The notes under the pieces were generated by a model that had not been told where the DNA came from, ran no database searches, and worked only from the letters and a program-made list of their open reading frames with translations. From positions 19,096,001-19,160,000 of the forward strand of contig NC_047015.1 in the NCBI RefSeq assembly GCF_902652985.1: a stretch of DNA of 64,000 bases, written 5' to 3'. This document shows positions 13,245-26,600 of this stretch, in pieces. This stretch comes from Pecten maximus. Lineage: Eukaryota. A program made the position numbers and the translations under genes. The stretch's first letter is position 1. Each line of letters begins with the position of its first letter.

Positions 13245-16200
13245 CTTGACCGACATTTTACTGTTGTACAAAAGAGATGTCACCTGTAACCCATCTTCGC
13301 TAGCCAAGGCATCCGATAACATTACACTCCACGAAAGATGACTGTACCCCTACTTGGCTGACACTCTACTGTTGGTGGTACAAAAGAGATGTCACCTGTA
13401 CCCCTACTTGACTGATATTTTACTGTTGGTAGTACAAAAGTAATGTCACCTGTACCCCTACTTGACTGACATTTTACTGTTGGTAGTACAAAATTAATGT
13501 CAACTGTACCCCTACTTGACTGACATTTTACTGTTGGTAGTACCAATGTAATGTCACCTGTACCTACTTGACTGACATTTTACTGTTGGTGGTACCAATG
13601 TAATGTCACCTGTCCCCCTACTTGACTGACATTTTAGTAGTACAAAAGTAATGTCACCTGTACCCCTACTTGACGGACATTTTACTGTTAGTAGTACAAA
13701 AGAGATGTCACCTGTCCCCCTACTTGACTGACATTTTACTGTTAGTAGTACCAATGTAATGTCACCTGTCCCCCTACTTGACTGACATTTTACTGTTGGT
13801 AGTACAAATGTAATGTCACCTGTACCCCTACTTGACTGACATTTTACTGTTGGTAGTACAAAACAGATGTCACCTGTCCCCCTACTTGACTGACATTTTA
13901 CTGTTGGTAGTACAAATGTAATGTCACCTGTCCCCCTACTTGACTGACATTTTACTGTTGGTGGTACAAAAGTAATGTCACCTGTACCCTTACTTGACTG
14001 ACATTTTACTGTTGGTAGTACAAATGTAATGTCACCTGTACCCCTACTTGACTGACATTTTACTGTTGGTGGTACAAAAGAGATGTCACATGTACCCCTA
14101 CTTGACTGACATTTTACTGTTGGTAGTACAAATGTTATGTCACCTGTACCCCTACTTGACTGACATTTTACTGTTGGTAGTACAAAAGTAATGTCACCTG
14201 TACCCCTACTTGACCAACATTTTACTGTTGGTGGTACAAAAGAGATGTCACCTGTACCCCTACTTGACTGACATTTTACTGTTGGTGGTACAAAATTAAT
14301 GTCACCTGTCCCCCTACTTGACTGACATTTTACTGTTGGTAGTACAAATGTAATGTCACCTGTACCCCTACTTGACTGACATTTTACTGTTGGTAGTACA
14401 AATGTTATGTCACCTGTACCCCTACTTGACTGACATTTTACTGTTGGTAGTACAAAAGTAATGTCACCTGTACCCCTACTTGACCAACATTTTACTGTTG
14501 GTGGTACAAAAGAGATGTCACCTGTACCCCTACTTGACTGACATTTTACTGTTGGTGGTACAAAATTAATGTCACCTGTCCCCCTACTTGACCGACATTT
14601 TACTGTTGGTGGTACAAAAGAGATGTCACCTGTCCCCCTACTTGACTGACATTTTACTGTTGGTAGTACAAATGTTATGTCACCTGTACCCCTACTTGAC
14701 TGACATTTTACTGTTGGTAGTACAAATGTTATGTCACCTGTACCCCTACTTGACTGACATTTTACTGTTGGTAGTACAAATGTTATGTCACCTGTACCCC
14801 TACTTGACTGACATTTTACTGTTGGTAGTACAAATGTTATGTCACCTGTACCCCTACTTGACTGACATTTTACTGTTGGTAGTACAAATGTTATGTCACC
14901 TGTACCCCTACTTGACTGACATTTTACTGTTGGTAGTACAAATGTTATGTCACCTGTACCCCTACTTGACTGACATTTTACTGTTGGTGGTACAAAAGTA
15001 ATGTCACCTGTACCCTTACTTGACTGACATTTTACTGTTGGTGGTACAAATGTAATGTCACCTGTACCCCTACTTGACCGACATTTTACTGTTGGTGGTA
15101 CAAAAGAGATGTCACCTGTCCCCCTACTTGACTGACATTTTACTGTTGGTAGTACAAATGTTATGTCACCTGTACCCCTACTTGACTGACATTTTACTGT
15201 TGGTAGTACAAATGTAATGTCACCTGTCCCCCTACTTGACTGACATTTTACTGTTGGTGGTACAAAAGTAATGTCACCTGTACCCTTACTTGACTGACAT
15301 TTTACTGTTGGTAGTACAAAAGTAATGTCACCTGTACCCCTACTTGACTGACATTTTACTGTTGGTAGTACAAATGTAATGTCACCTGTACCCCTACTTG
15401 ACTGACATTTTACTGTTGGTAGTACAAATGTTATGTCACCTGTACCCCTACTTGACCAACATTTTACTGTTGGTGGTACAAAAGAGATGTCACCTGTCCC
15501 CCTACTTGACTGACATTTTACTGTTGGTAGTACAAATGTAATGTCACCTGTACCCCTACTTGACTGACATTTTACTGTTGGTAGTACAAATGTTATGTCA
15601 CCTGTACCCCTACTTGACTGACATTTTACTGTTGGTGGTACAAAAGAGATGTCACATGTACCCCTACTTGACTGACATTTTACTGTTGGTGGTACAAAAG
15701 AGATGTCACATGTACCCCTACTTGACTGACATTTTACTGTTGGTAGTACAAATGTAATGTCACCTGTACCCCTACTTGACTGACATTTTACTGTTGGTGG
15801 TACAAAAGAGATGTCACATGTACCCCTACTTGACTGACATTTTACTGTTGGTGGTACAAATGTTATGTCACCTGTACCCCTACTTGACTGACATTTTACT
15901 GTTGGTGGTACAAAAGTAATGTCACCTGTACCCCTACTTGACTGACATTTTACTGTTGGTGGTACAAAACAGATGTCACCTGTCCCCTTACTTGACTGAC
16001 ATTTTACTGTTGGTAGTACAAATGTAATGTCACCTGTACCCCTACTTGACTGACATTTTACTGTTGGTAGTACAAATGTTATGTCACCTGTACCCCTACT
16101 TGACTGACATTTTACTGTTGGTGGTACAAAAGAGATGTCACATGTACCCCTACTTGACTGACATTTTACTGTTGGTGGTACAAAAGAGATGTCACATGTA

Positions 16201-16310
16201 CCCCTACTTGACTGACATTTTACTGTTGGTGGTACAAAAGAGATGTCACATGTACCCCTACTTGACCGACATTTTACTGTTGGTAGTACAAATGTTATGT
16301 CACCTGTACT
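13245..16310. repeat. 54-bp minisatellite (~55 copies) between the converging PDLIM and COX10 3' ends
   Basis: Unit CTTGACTGACATTTTACTGTTGGTRGTACAAAWGWDATGTCACCTGTACCCCTA; stop-free in one minus frame (927-aa ORF). Confidence 0.95.
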
Positions 16311-17998
16311 CCTGATCTCTCCATCCACCAACATCATGGATTACAGACAGGCCAATGTTCAATGTGACAAGCAAGATGGCATACTTGCTAACTTTTTAAA
16401 ATTCTCATGGGGGAGAAAGTGTGTGAGTGACAATTTTGACCGGAAAACACGTGTCACGTGCGACACATTTATCAAACAACAACTAAGGGGAGATAATTTG
16501 CTAAATACATGTTCTTAAACTTCAGTATACCCAACAGTTAGGAAGTACTAAGGGGTAGTAACTATGTCTAACGTTCGTGTTGACTGGGTAACTAAGTATT
16601 CCATTTAACAAAGACAATGCTATGTAGAATAGCATATTACACTAAAACATTTATTATCAGAACTTTAAAGAAGTAAAAGGATCTTAAAAATCTGCTTTTA
16701 AAAACCTGGCTCACTGCCATGAGAGAAGTTGCCAATGTACGTGTAATGTAGAATCACAACACTAACACTACAGTAAGGACAGTGAAATAATCATATAAAT
16801 CATACTTGTAAAATACCTGGCTTTATTAGGTTTGTAAGAATCATAACACTGTTTTTAACCATTATTTTAATGTCACATCAATTTCTCCTGAACAATGATT
16901 AACAAAATATCAATTTTCACCATTTGCTGAAGGATAGTTTAGTTGTCATTCATCACGTTTCCATGGCTAAAGTTCCTCATCAAATGGGCAGATAAGGAAT
17001 CACAATGGGGTTATATTTTTGTATTATTATTCAGAACATTTTTTTTTTACTTTTCAAAAATGATAAGTGACAATTCTCAGCCATCTTATCTGTATTGTCA
17101 CAATAAATAAAAACAAAATGTACATTTACAACTCGTAGTTCATTTCGTAATATTAATGGCTCATGTTAAACAAAGGACTTCATATCATGACAATGTTCTT
17201 AAAATATTTTTCACATTAAATTAAGAAACACCTATCAAATTTAAATTGCATACAATTAATTATAACTTGTAAATTTGAGGTATCTTTCTCATTATTGAAA
17301 GCAGATTTCAGCTACATTTTTATAACACTTAACATGTGTATTTCTAATAAGCAATGAGATCTTGTGTTTAAATTATGTCAACATTGGTAAGTTCAAGTAC
17401 ATACCAACTCAACATGCATATGGATCTCATTCATTAAGCATACAAGTCACATGTTCAAATGTGTTTCACAAACCACATACTCAAAAGTGTTTCACATCCA
17501 TCTTCCACTCTATATCATTAATTTTATATAAAACAGCTGCTACAATCATATCACACCAGAAAATTATATCACAAGCATTCCACCATCCATTAGGAATGTG
17601 ATGTTTTCCTTACATTTCACTTCAGGTAGAATATATAAAACCTATTTTCCTTAGTGATCACTATACCATGTCATGACTGTTATAACCTGACAGCAAATGT
17701 GTCAATAACAAATTAGAAATTCACAGTACAGGCGTTTTTTTTTCTCTCCCGAGCACCCATACAGAATTTACAGGACACTGGTCATTTTCTCCAAGCACCC
17801 AAACACATTAAACCGGACAATGGTCATTTTCTACAAGCATCCATACACATTCAACCGGACACTGGTGACCAGTATGTGTATTATGCCTCTTACCATTTGT
17901 AGTAAACATGACGTTTTTGTTATTACAACCCTGATATCACAAAAGGTGGTCAATAAGCTTCAATTAACATGCTGAACAGAAGCTGTTTGTTCCACATA

Positions 17999-20900
17999 TT
18001 AAGCTGCCTTTTCTGGTATAGAAATATTTCCCTCTGTGTTACCAGTTTTGTTTGTGTTAACAGTAACTGTTGTAACAGAGGTGGCTGTTTCAGAAGTTGT
18101 TACATTGTCAGCGACACTGTCTGTGGTTACCTCGGCAGGAACAACCTTATCCATGGTGATTTTACTTAGCAGCATCAGTACCAGAACTGCAGGGATATGC
18201 AACAGTGTGAAACGAAAGAGTTTACGTGATGAATTGCTGTCTCCTTTCTGATAAAAACGAAGAGCGAGGTACGACATGTACAGGTTAAATGGCAGTGAAT
18301 CAACAGCAAATGTCCAGGAAGTCACCCCCATGATAGGTGCCAAGGTACATAGCCCAATCATTGCCACAGAGTAGCGTAGAGCAACACGTTTACACAGAGC
18401 AGGATTAATCACAGACATCATCCTATAGCCACCACGAGAATAGTCTGGCCTCAGGTTCCAACTCAAGGCATTAAAGTGGGGGAACTGCCATGCAAAAAGG
18501 ATAGCGCCAAGTAGCCATGCACCTGAAATAATCAAGATCAAATCGGAACATAGTACCTAGCTACTTTTTAAAGGTTGGTATTGTCAAGGTAAGTTTGTGT
18601 TCCATTTTCATTGATTTGAAGGATATTTTCAAATTAGGCAAAATCATAGTTCCAAAAAAATAAAAAAAAATAAAAAATACTGCGGTAAGGAGAAAATTAT
18701 GAATATTTGATTAAAACTGTAACAATTTGAACCATTGAAATTAAATGATATTATACAGCTTTGTCGGTCCCCCAGTGCAGATTTACGAGTCCATCATGGG
18801 TTTAGGCAGAAAAACCTATTATATATATATGATACACAGAGTACCTCTAACTATTACAGAGTATATACACACCTGGTTCTAGTCCTCCAGTACAAGCTGC
18901 CCAGCCCATCATAGGGGGTATAGCTCCCACCACAGATCCTACCCACGTGTTGGCAGTACTGCTCCTTTTCATTGGTGTGTACACCATTGTGTAGAGGCCA
19001 AGGTTAAAAGCTCCCAAGGCGGTTGTTATAGGGTTGGTACCTAAGGTGAGGATAGCCAGACCCAAGCTGCCAGACACACCGGCAAACATTACTGCATGTA
19101 GGGGGCTATAGTAATAGAATTATAGTTAAGATTTCATTAATCATAATCAAATATGCCAGGTCCATCCTTGATGGGAAGTCTTAGATGAACATTTATTACA
19201 AAATCATTGCAAACTCAAGCTAAAAACTGTAGATTTTTTGTGAAACATTATATTATATGTCATCTGCCCCTACTGCCATTTTGTTGGAAATTGAGCCAGA
19301 CACAAAGTCCAACCAAGCATCAGTCTCCCTTTACAATTACATGTATAATGTATACCCAGAGCAGATACAGAATATAACCAGCATGATAATAACGGATGAA
19401 ATCGGTTGGACAAGACTTGTACTTGTACACGTATATACTTTTGGCCAATCCATGAATACAATCATAGAGGTGATTGACAGTTTTCACAGATGCAAAGAAC
19501 AACTTTTTAACTTCTTATGCGAGTAGTAACTGTATGTGTTAATCACAAAATACATTTTCTATCCAGTTTCCCTCAGAAAACAAAACAAACTGATTTGAAC
19601 TATTCTGAAGCATATTTGATTCAGCAGACATGGACCCAGATGAAAGAAAATAAAGCTGAAGTGTGTGATATGGGAAATGAACCGTTATTGACAAGTTATC
19701 AAAATTGGAGGGAAATACTAACATTGGGAATATAATTTAACATTTTCTAACCTACATCAACTAAACAGCTAACTGAAATACATTTCTGATCTACATGACA
19801 TGAAGTTGGCTAAATTTATCTTTTTGACATACCTTAAGTGGCCTTGTACAAGAACTCGGTTCTTTGTCCTGTTCATTTGTGAATCGAAAGGAACTTCTAA
19901 ATACTGAAATGTTAATAAATACATTAAATAAAAGTACAGTCTGTATTTTACCATCCATGGTCTTAATACTCTGGTAGGATGCACAGGTCTTGACCTATTT
20001 TGTTAGGTTAAAGTCCAGTTTATTTTCAGATTATCAAAATAATGGATTGTTGTTTTACTTTAAATTTAGTTTTCTGACAGTGCAGAGCCATGCCCTTAGG
20101 TAAACTGGATGTCATCATATCTTATGAATTTTTCAATAAAATATAAGATCAAAGCAAATATAGAAAAGTAATGCCAAAAATATTGCACAGCTTTAAGCTT
20201 TATTTTGTGGTTCTTTACAAAATGGAACAACACTATTAATCCCATAGATACTTCTTGTTGATATATGATCAACACTTCACTATTCAGGTAAAGATGTCTA
20301 ATGTCAAAAGCTTCTTATAGCATATCTGTTAGATTGCAGTGCTTAAAAATTTTCTTCATAAGGTAAATAGCTGATATTACAAGAGGCCCATTGGCCTTAA
20401 CAGTCAACTGAGTTTGAAATATTTCAGTTACTTTTTATTCATTATCATCCCTTTTTATTCCGCCCATCAGTCCCTGGGGACACAGTCCCCAACATGTGCA
20501 TAACGTCAAACTTTCATCCCATGCTAATGTTAAACAAGTTAGAATAAATTCCAATAGAAATCAAACAAATGACAGTCAAAAATATGATTTCCCTCAGCCC
20601 AGGGGCACATGTTACGAAATTCACAATTTTGGTAAAGCACCTTAAGACCCTTTCATCTATTAAGAGTATTTGATTCTACCTTATTTGGGTCTTGTGAAGA
20701 AAATTTTTGAAATTTCAGTCAATTTGACCCCTTTTGGCCCTGCCCCTCATGATCAGTCCCCTGGGGAGTGGAGATCATATAAATCACAATTTTGGTTGAT
20801 TTTTGGTCATGTAATGTTTCTGCAATATTTAATTGAGTAGCTGAGAAGAAGTCGAAAATGTAAATTGTTAACGAATGCATGACAGACGGCGACAGACAAA

Positions 20901-21816
20901 AGGGGATTATAATAGGTCACTTGAGACTTTGTCTCAGGTTACTTAAAAAGCTTGAAAATTCAGGACAATGACAGCCATCACTGACTACTATCTTTACAAG
21001 AAACCTTATGGCTACCTGATTAATAGCATTTGCTGAACATGAAGTCAGAGCTGTTCCCAGGGAAACCAGAGCAAATGTAACAGGATCAAAAGCTGCTGGG
21101 CCAATCCCATAACCTGCCATGGTAGTAAGCACAACCAGACCTGTGAAAATATAGCATCAGATATACATGTTAGTATTCAACTTTGCCAACACCAAATTTT
21201 CAGAATGTGTAAAAATACATTTTCTATATCAAAAATAAGATACATCTTGTGTAGATCTCAAGTGTAGAAGACAATATTTAGATGAAATTGTTTTAATTTT
21301 GTATGTCCTGTACATGTGATTTACATGGATAAAAGTGTAGTTGCATATCTTACCAGTCAATCTGATCTTGGACAGCCGTTTATAGTAGTTGGGGAGGTTG
21401 GATATGTCCAGTTTTTGTTCCTTCCAGTTGAAATCATCAACTGATTGGCGTTGCAGCCCTGGACTTGTTAGCTGGCGCTCCTCCTGCAGTGTGTCAACAG
21501 ATACACGATCCTGCTGGATCAACTGAGCAACAATGGCTCGGGAAGTGTACTTAAAACCAGTACTTGACTTAGGGAAAAAGAATTCTTCATGTTTTTTAGC
21601 ATTTTCCTTGTGTATATGGATCAGTGAAGATGCAGGTTTGTTAAAGATGATGAAGCCTTGCTCGCCTCGTTTTAGGAGGAAATCATGTTCCTTACTATTC
21701 ATCGGTGTTTGTTCTGAGTTCTCTGGTGGTGGCCATTTGATAGGTTTTCCATTGGTAAACTCACAGTCACTGTCATCACTCTCAAGTTCTGCAGTTGCTG
21801 GTTTCGATGAATATTG
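17999..21816 (-). CDS. COX10: Protoheme IX farnesyltransferase (heme O synthase), mitochondrial; N-terminal exon(s) unresolved
   Basis: Exons 21816-21354, 21140-21016, 19903-19833, 19105-18873 and 18522-17999 join in frame: [11 protein letters not shown]...[27 protein letters not shown]...YTPMKR...[19 protein letters not shown]...[11 protein letters not shown]...[10 protein letters not shown], which are hallmark COX10/UbiA motifs. A candidate upstream exon at ~22530-22690 could not be fixed. Confidence 0.95.
20380..20948. mobile_element. Non-autonomous interspersed repeat, probably Helentron-associated (HINE-like), in a COX10 intron
   Basis: Ends ACAAGAGGCCCATTGGCC... and ...AGGTCACTTGAG(ACTTTGT)CTCAGGTTACTTAAAAA (terminal hairpin). 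Related ends recur in the opposite orientation at 25555-26139. Confidence 0.45.
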
Positions 21817-23688
21817 CTTTAACACAAAAATATTAACATACATTATACATAAAGGAAAAGGGCTCCATTCAAACATAAGTGTGACTTGATCACTTGAGTA
21901 ATGATAATCTGCCAATACATTAAGAATGAAGTTTATGCATATAAAGATTGTTTTGATATTCTGAATTTAAAATCCACAGGAATTTCATGTAAGTATGCAA
22001 TACTTTTGAACTATTTTTATTCGAATTAAGGCTTATTAGTTCAGGATACAAGTTCTGGTCTTTGTCCACAGTTACTTGTGGACAGGAGAGTGATTTTTCA
22101 TTAAATATGGTGAGTCAAGAAAGACTAGTTTTATAGCAATCTGATGTTTAATTTTAAAAGTTAAAAAAAAAAAAAATTAAAATCCACATAGATCTATATT
22201 CTAGTAGCTTGTTTGATTTTCAAGGCCACTATGTGGCCATTTAATGATATAAACTTTTGATATAAAGTGCCTGATTGCTATAAAACAATTTGTTCTCTTA
22301 TTACTCACCATAATCACTCTCCTATCCACAAGTAATATTGTTCTTTAAAATTAATGCACGCTTTTAATTCATTAAGGTGGATCATGACACTTAAGCTTGT
22401 AATCCCCATATTACACCAGCATAAATATTCAATATCATCAAATATAATAACGGAATCATAAAAGAGTATATATTTATTTTATGCCAACTAGTTGATATCA
22501 ATAAATGACTGGTGTTGATCAGTATTTGGCAAAAAACGTTTCTATGAAAATTTGAGAAATGTTGACTAGCTGAGGAACGTTTGGTCTGAATGGCAATGCA
22601 CATGCATTCACAGGTAACCGGGTCATCTGTGTCAAGCTAGACACACCTGGAATAAGTCTACACAGGTTAGTCACACGCTTACCCATGTCTGGTTATTTTA
22701 CATGCCTTTTTGGTGTGTAATGTAAAAATTAAGAATTCAGAGCTCTTATCTAAATTGTATTTTTTTGTGAAGCGGCTAATGAAACGGTCACAATAATATC
22801 ATTTGTAGTGATTTTCTGTGTTGTGCCAGACTTTAAAAAAAAAAAAAAAAGCAATGTGGAAAAGCTCAAATTAGACAGTTTATATGGTTTCACATGAATA
22901 TAAATAATCTTTTCTTCATGAAAAATTATCAATACAACACTATTTTAGTCATTTGAACAAAAACAACTTAACAAGTTTGGTACGACATATTTGTTATTAT
23001 TTAACTGTTTAAAAAAAATAGATATTAAGCTCTCTGAATTCTATAGTTTCTGATTATTTACCAATTATAAACTAGGTCATTTGATCTAATTCAAATGATG
23101 TTCCACTGAAATATTTATTTTTAATGTTTCTGTGAGTATGGATCCCTTAATTAATAACATGTTATACATCAAAACTTTTTGTGGATGGGTTTCATCGTCA
23201 ATTACAAACTGTTTGGTTATTTCTCAAATCTTTCTCGGCACGAGGGTACGAAAGCACCTTTACCGATAACTAACCAGGGTTATCAATAACCGGATTAGAA
23301 CTTACTCTGTGTATTATACTTGATGGAAGAACATTTGATATAGAACGATTTAAGCTAATCCGACAGCATCGAAGACATCTCACTGTCACTGGTAACCAAG
23401 TGTGGGCCATCGTCCCACCGGTCAACTCCCATAGGAGGCATTCTCCATTACTCTTCCATCATATTCAATATCTCTAAAAACACACATTAATAATATTACG
23501 TGGTGACCATACTACAATAAAACGGTTCTTCTACAGCAGTGCCGATTATGCAAGTGAAGTACACACGAAGGACATGTTTGCAATATTCGATGTCTGATAG
23601 ACGCTTTAAGTCTTTGGTCCCATTAACGAAAGCGTTTGTGTGAAACAGATTAGCACATGTCTTGCTCATTCAATGGGCGTTGAAAAAA

Positions 23689-26600
23689 ATGGGAAAATCT
23701 AAAGATAATAGTTACGTTGTTAACAAAGAAGCATATCAGCGGATAAATTTCCTGTACCAGGTAATAATCAGAATATTGTAAAGAAACTACGAAACTGACT
23801 GCCAGGATTGCGACTGTTGTCAAGACCACAGGGGCTGGTAGCGATTGTCGACCTAACCTAAAAGGCATTATTGTAACTGTAACGTTACTCACTGTACTGT
23901 AGCAGGGCCGTGTTCGTTTATTGCGGTCCAAACGGTTGGACCGGTTCCGGTTGGATCAGAGTAGTTCATTTATGAAATAAAGACGGACCTAGTGATTTTT
24001 TTTTCATTTAAAAACAGACGAACCGGTTGGTCCGCATAAACGAACAGGCCCCAGGTCACAGATAAAATGTTACTGGTCGACAATTAGCTACCGGCCCCTG
24101 TGGTAAAGAAGGACGTGCAGTACAGTTTATTTTTGATTACATGGCGTACATGTCATAAATGGCATAACCTTCAAACAAATTCATCATGAAAAGACATATT
24201 TTTTTATCATAGAGTTACCCCTTCCTCCAACCTTATTTGGGAAATAGTTTAATTCGTATTTAAGATAAAACAAGGGAAAATAGTTTTGCAACCAAAATCA
24301 ATTAAGTTAATTTGTACTCAAAATCAATGCAACTTTGATTACTTAAAACGAGGAGAGGATGCCTATGCCCCAATGTATGTTTTAATTTAGGAGGTTTGTT
24401 TGTGCTATTGCCTATATTATCAAAACGAAAGATAAAAAATACTAGAAATTAAGCCCATAATAATATGTTATCAAGGACTGGCTTCAGTCATTTACTTTTG
24501 ATAACTTAGGTCCCCACTGGAAACTGTGAGGGACTAAGAGTTTTGCATTCTGTCTGCTCTCCTGTCCTTCAAATGCTGTCTTGTCTGCATGGGCTCTATC
24601 TTCTACTTAGCTTGTCACATACTTGGCATATGGGTTCACCTTGGTGAGGCAGTGTGTTGTGTAAGTAGGTCACTGTGACCTGCATTTTGACCTTTGACAT
24701 ATTTCACAGAAAAAGTTTACTTGAGCTCTTTTCTTCTACTGCTTGCCATTTCAATTTCATACTTGGGGTATAGGTTCAACTTGGTGAGGTGATGTATTAT
24801 ATGTGTATATACATATCAAAAATAGGTCACTGTAACCTACATTTTGTTTTTGAGCTACATCAAAGAAAAAGTTTGTACAGCCTCTATCTCCTACACATGT
24901 TGTCACTAGAACTTTATACTTGGGCCATAGGTTCATATCTTGGTGAGATTATGTGTCGTTTATCAAAAGTAGGTAACTCCAACCTATATTTTTCATCTTT
25001 GACTCACAAATTTATCATCCTGCGCTTTGATTTCTTGCCAGATAATTGCACATCGGTTGGGGACTATTATTTGCCAAATTGTCTTGTTATTATAGTTATT
25101 TCTTCATGACAGAAGCCATCATCCACAGCTAGTGTTCACTGCACTAAAATTAGGTCACTATGATCAATGATCAAATATTAAGTGGAATAATTTTCTAGCT
25201 TATTTTAGTTCTGCTAAATTACCCCTATACAGATATTTACGGTTAATTAGTATGATTAATATAATGCCAAAATGTATTGTCTATATTTTTTCCAACATAC
25301 ATGTACTTTCTAATGGAAGTGATTTTTATTTGTGCCATAATGAGGCATCCATGTTTTTTTCTGGTTTGTTTTACAGGCAGCACATCTGTCCCTGACCAGA
25401 AGTCCAGCAGACCTTAGCCTCTGTAAATTCTACATTAACATCATGAAGACCATCACTAAAAGACTGGTGTTGAGACTGTAAGTAAGTCGAAGGTTAATTA
25501 CTAAAGTTTAATATTACTGGAGCTGCGATGGTGTCACCAGCCATTTGATAGGGTATTTTTAGGTCACTGAGCTTTTAACCTTTTTTTCTTTTTCTGTTGT
25601 CATCCATCGTTTGTTAACATTTTCACATTTTCGACTTCTTCACAAAAACTCCTTAACTATTTTTGATTAAATTTTGCAAAAACTTTCCTTGGTTATAGGT
25701 CTACCAAAATTTTAAAATTATATGGTCCTTAAAGTTACACCTCAGGGGCCTGAGTAGACTGGCCACCAGACCCTAAGTTGTTTTGTTAAGAATTGCCAAG
25801 CTAAATTCTAATACTAGATTATCTGTCCCTAGTTTGAAACATAGGATCAGACATATCCTAGGGATCAAAATCATAAAGCTCAATTTTATTTATAGTTTTA
25901 ATATTCTAGAGACAGGGGGCCAGTCTAGGGCCTGAGGGGCAGGGTCAAAATATTTCATATTTCTCCCTGGAGTAGTGCTAAACTTTTCAACAGTTTATGT
26001 AAGAAATGGAAATGATTCAAAATTGGTTAGAATTATGAGGTGGGGCGAAACTATACTACTATAGGAACTGTTTAGAAATACCTTGTGAATACATAAGATA
26101 GTTACTCAAGTGACTGTCAAGTCCCATGGGCCTCTTGTTCGTTAAAAAAATTGTATTGAAAGAGTAGTGGATGGTGTTGTCTGTAGTGCTTGTTTGACTC
26201 CTAGCTTGTTGGTTAAAGAGTATTGGTTGGACGTAATGGTTGGCAGAGGTTATGAAAATCATACCGAAAGTCACCATAGAATGCACTGTGCACTTTAGGT
26301 GTTAGAAATAATGGGTACATACAGTTTTAAAAGGTCTTTTAAGTTTGCTGTGTGGTCTTTGAAAGTCTGAATATGTGAATTCAAAGGTGAAAGTTCAAAG
26401 CCAAATTAAAGCCTTAAAGGTGGTGAACTGTATTTTGTGTTACAAACTGGTACACCTGAATGGATGCATTTACACAGAAACCACATGATGCATCATATAT
26501 GATTACAATTTGTAAAGTATAATATTTTTTATTCTTCATGTAACTAGAAAGACTTATTAAATTTGGGTCCTGAAAAGTAATTGAAATACCATTTAATTAG

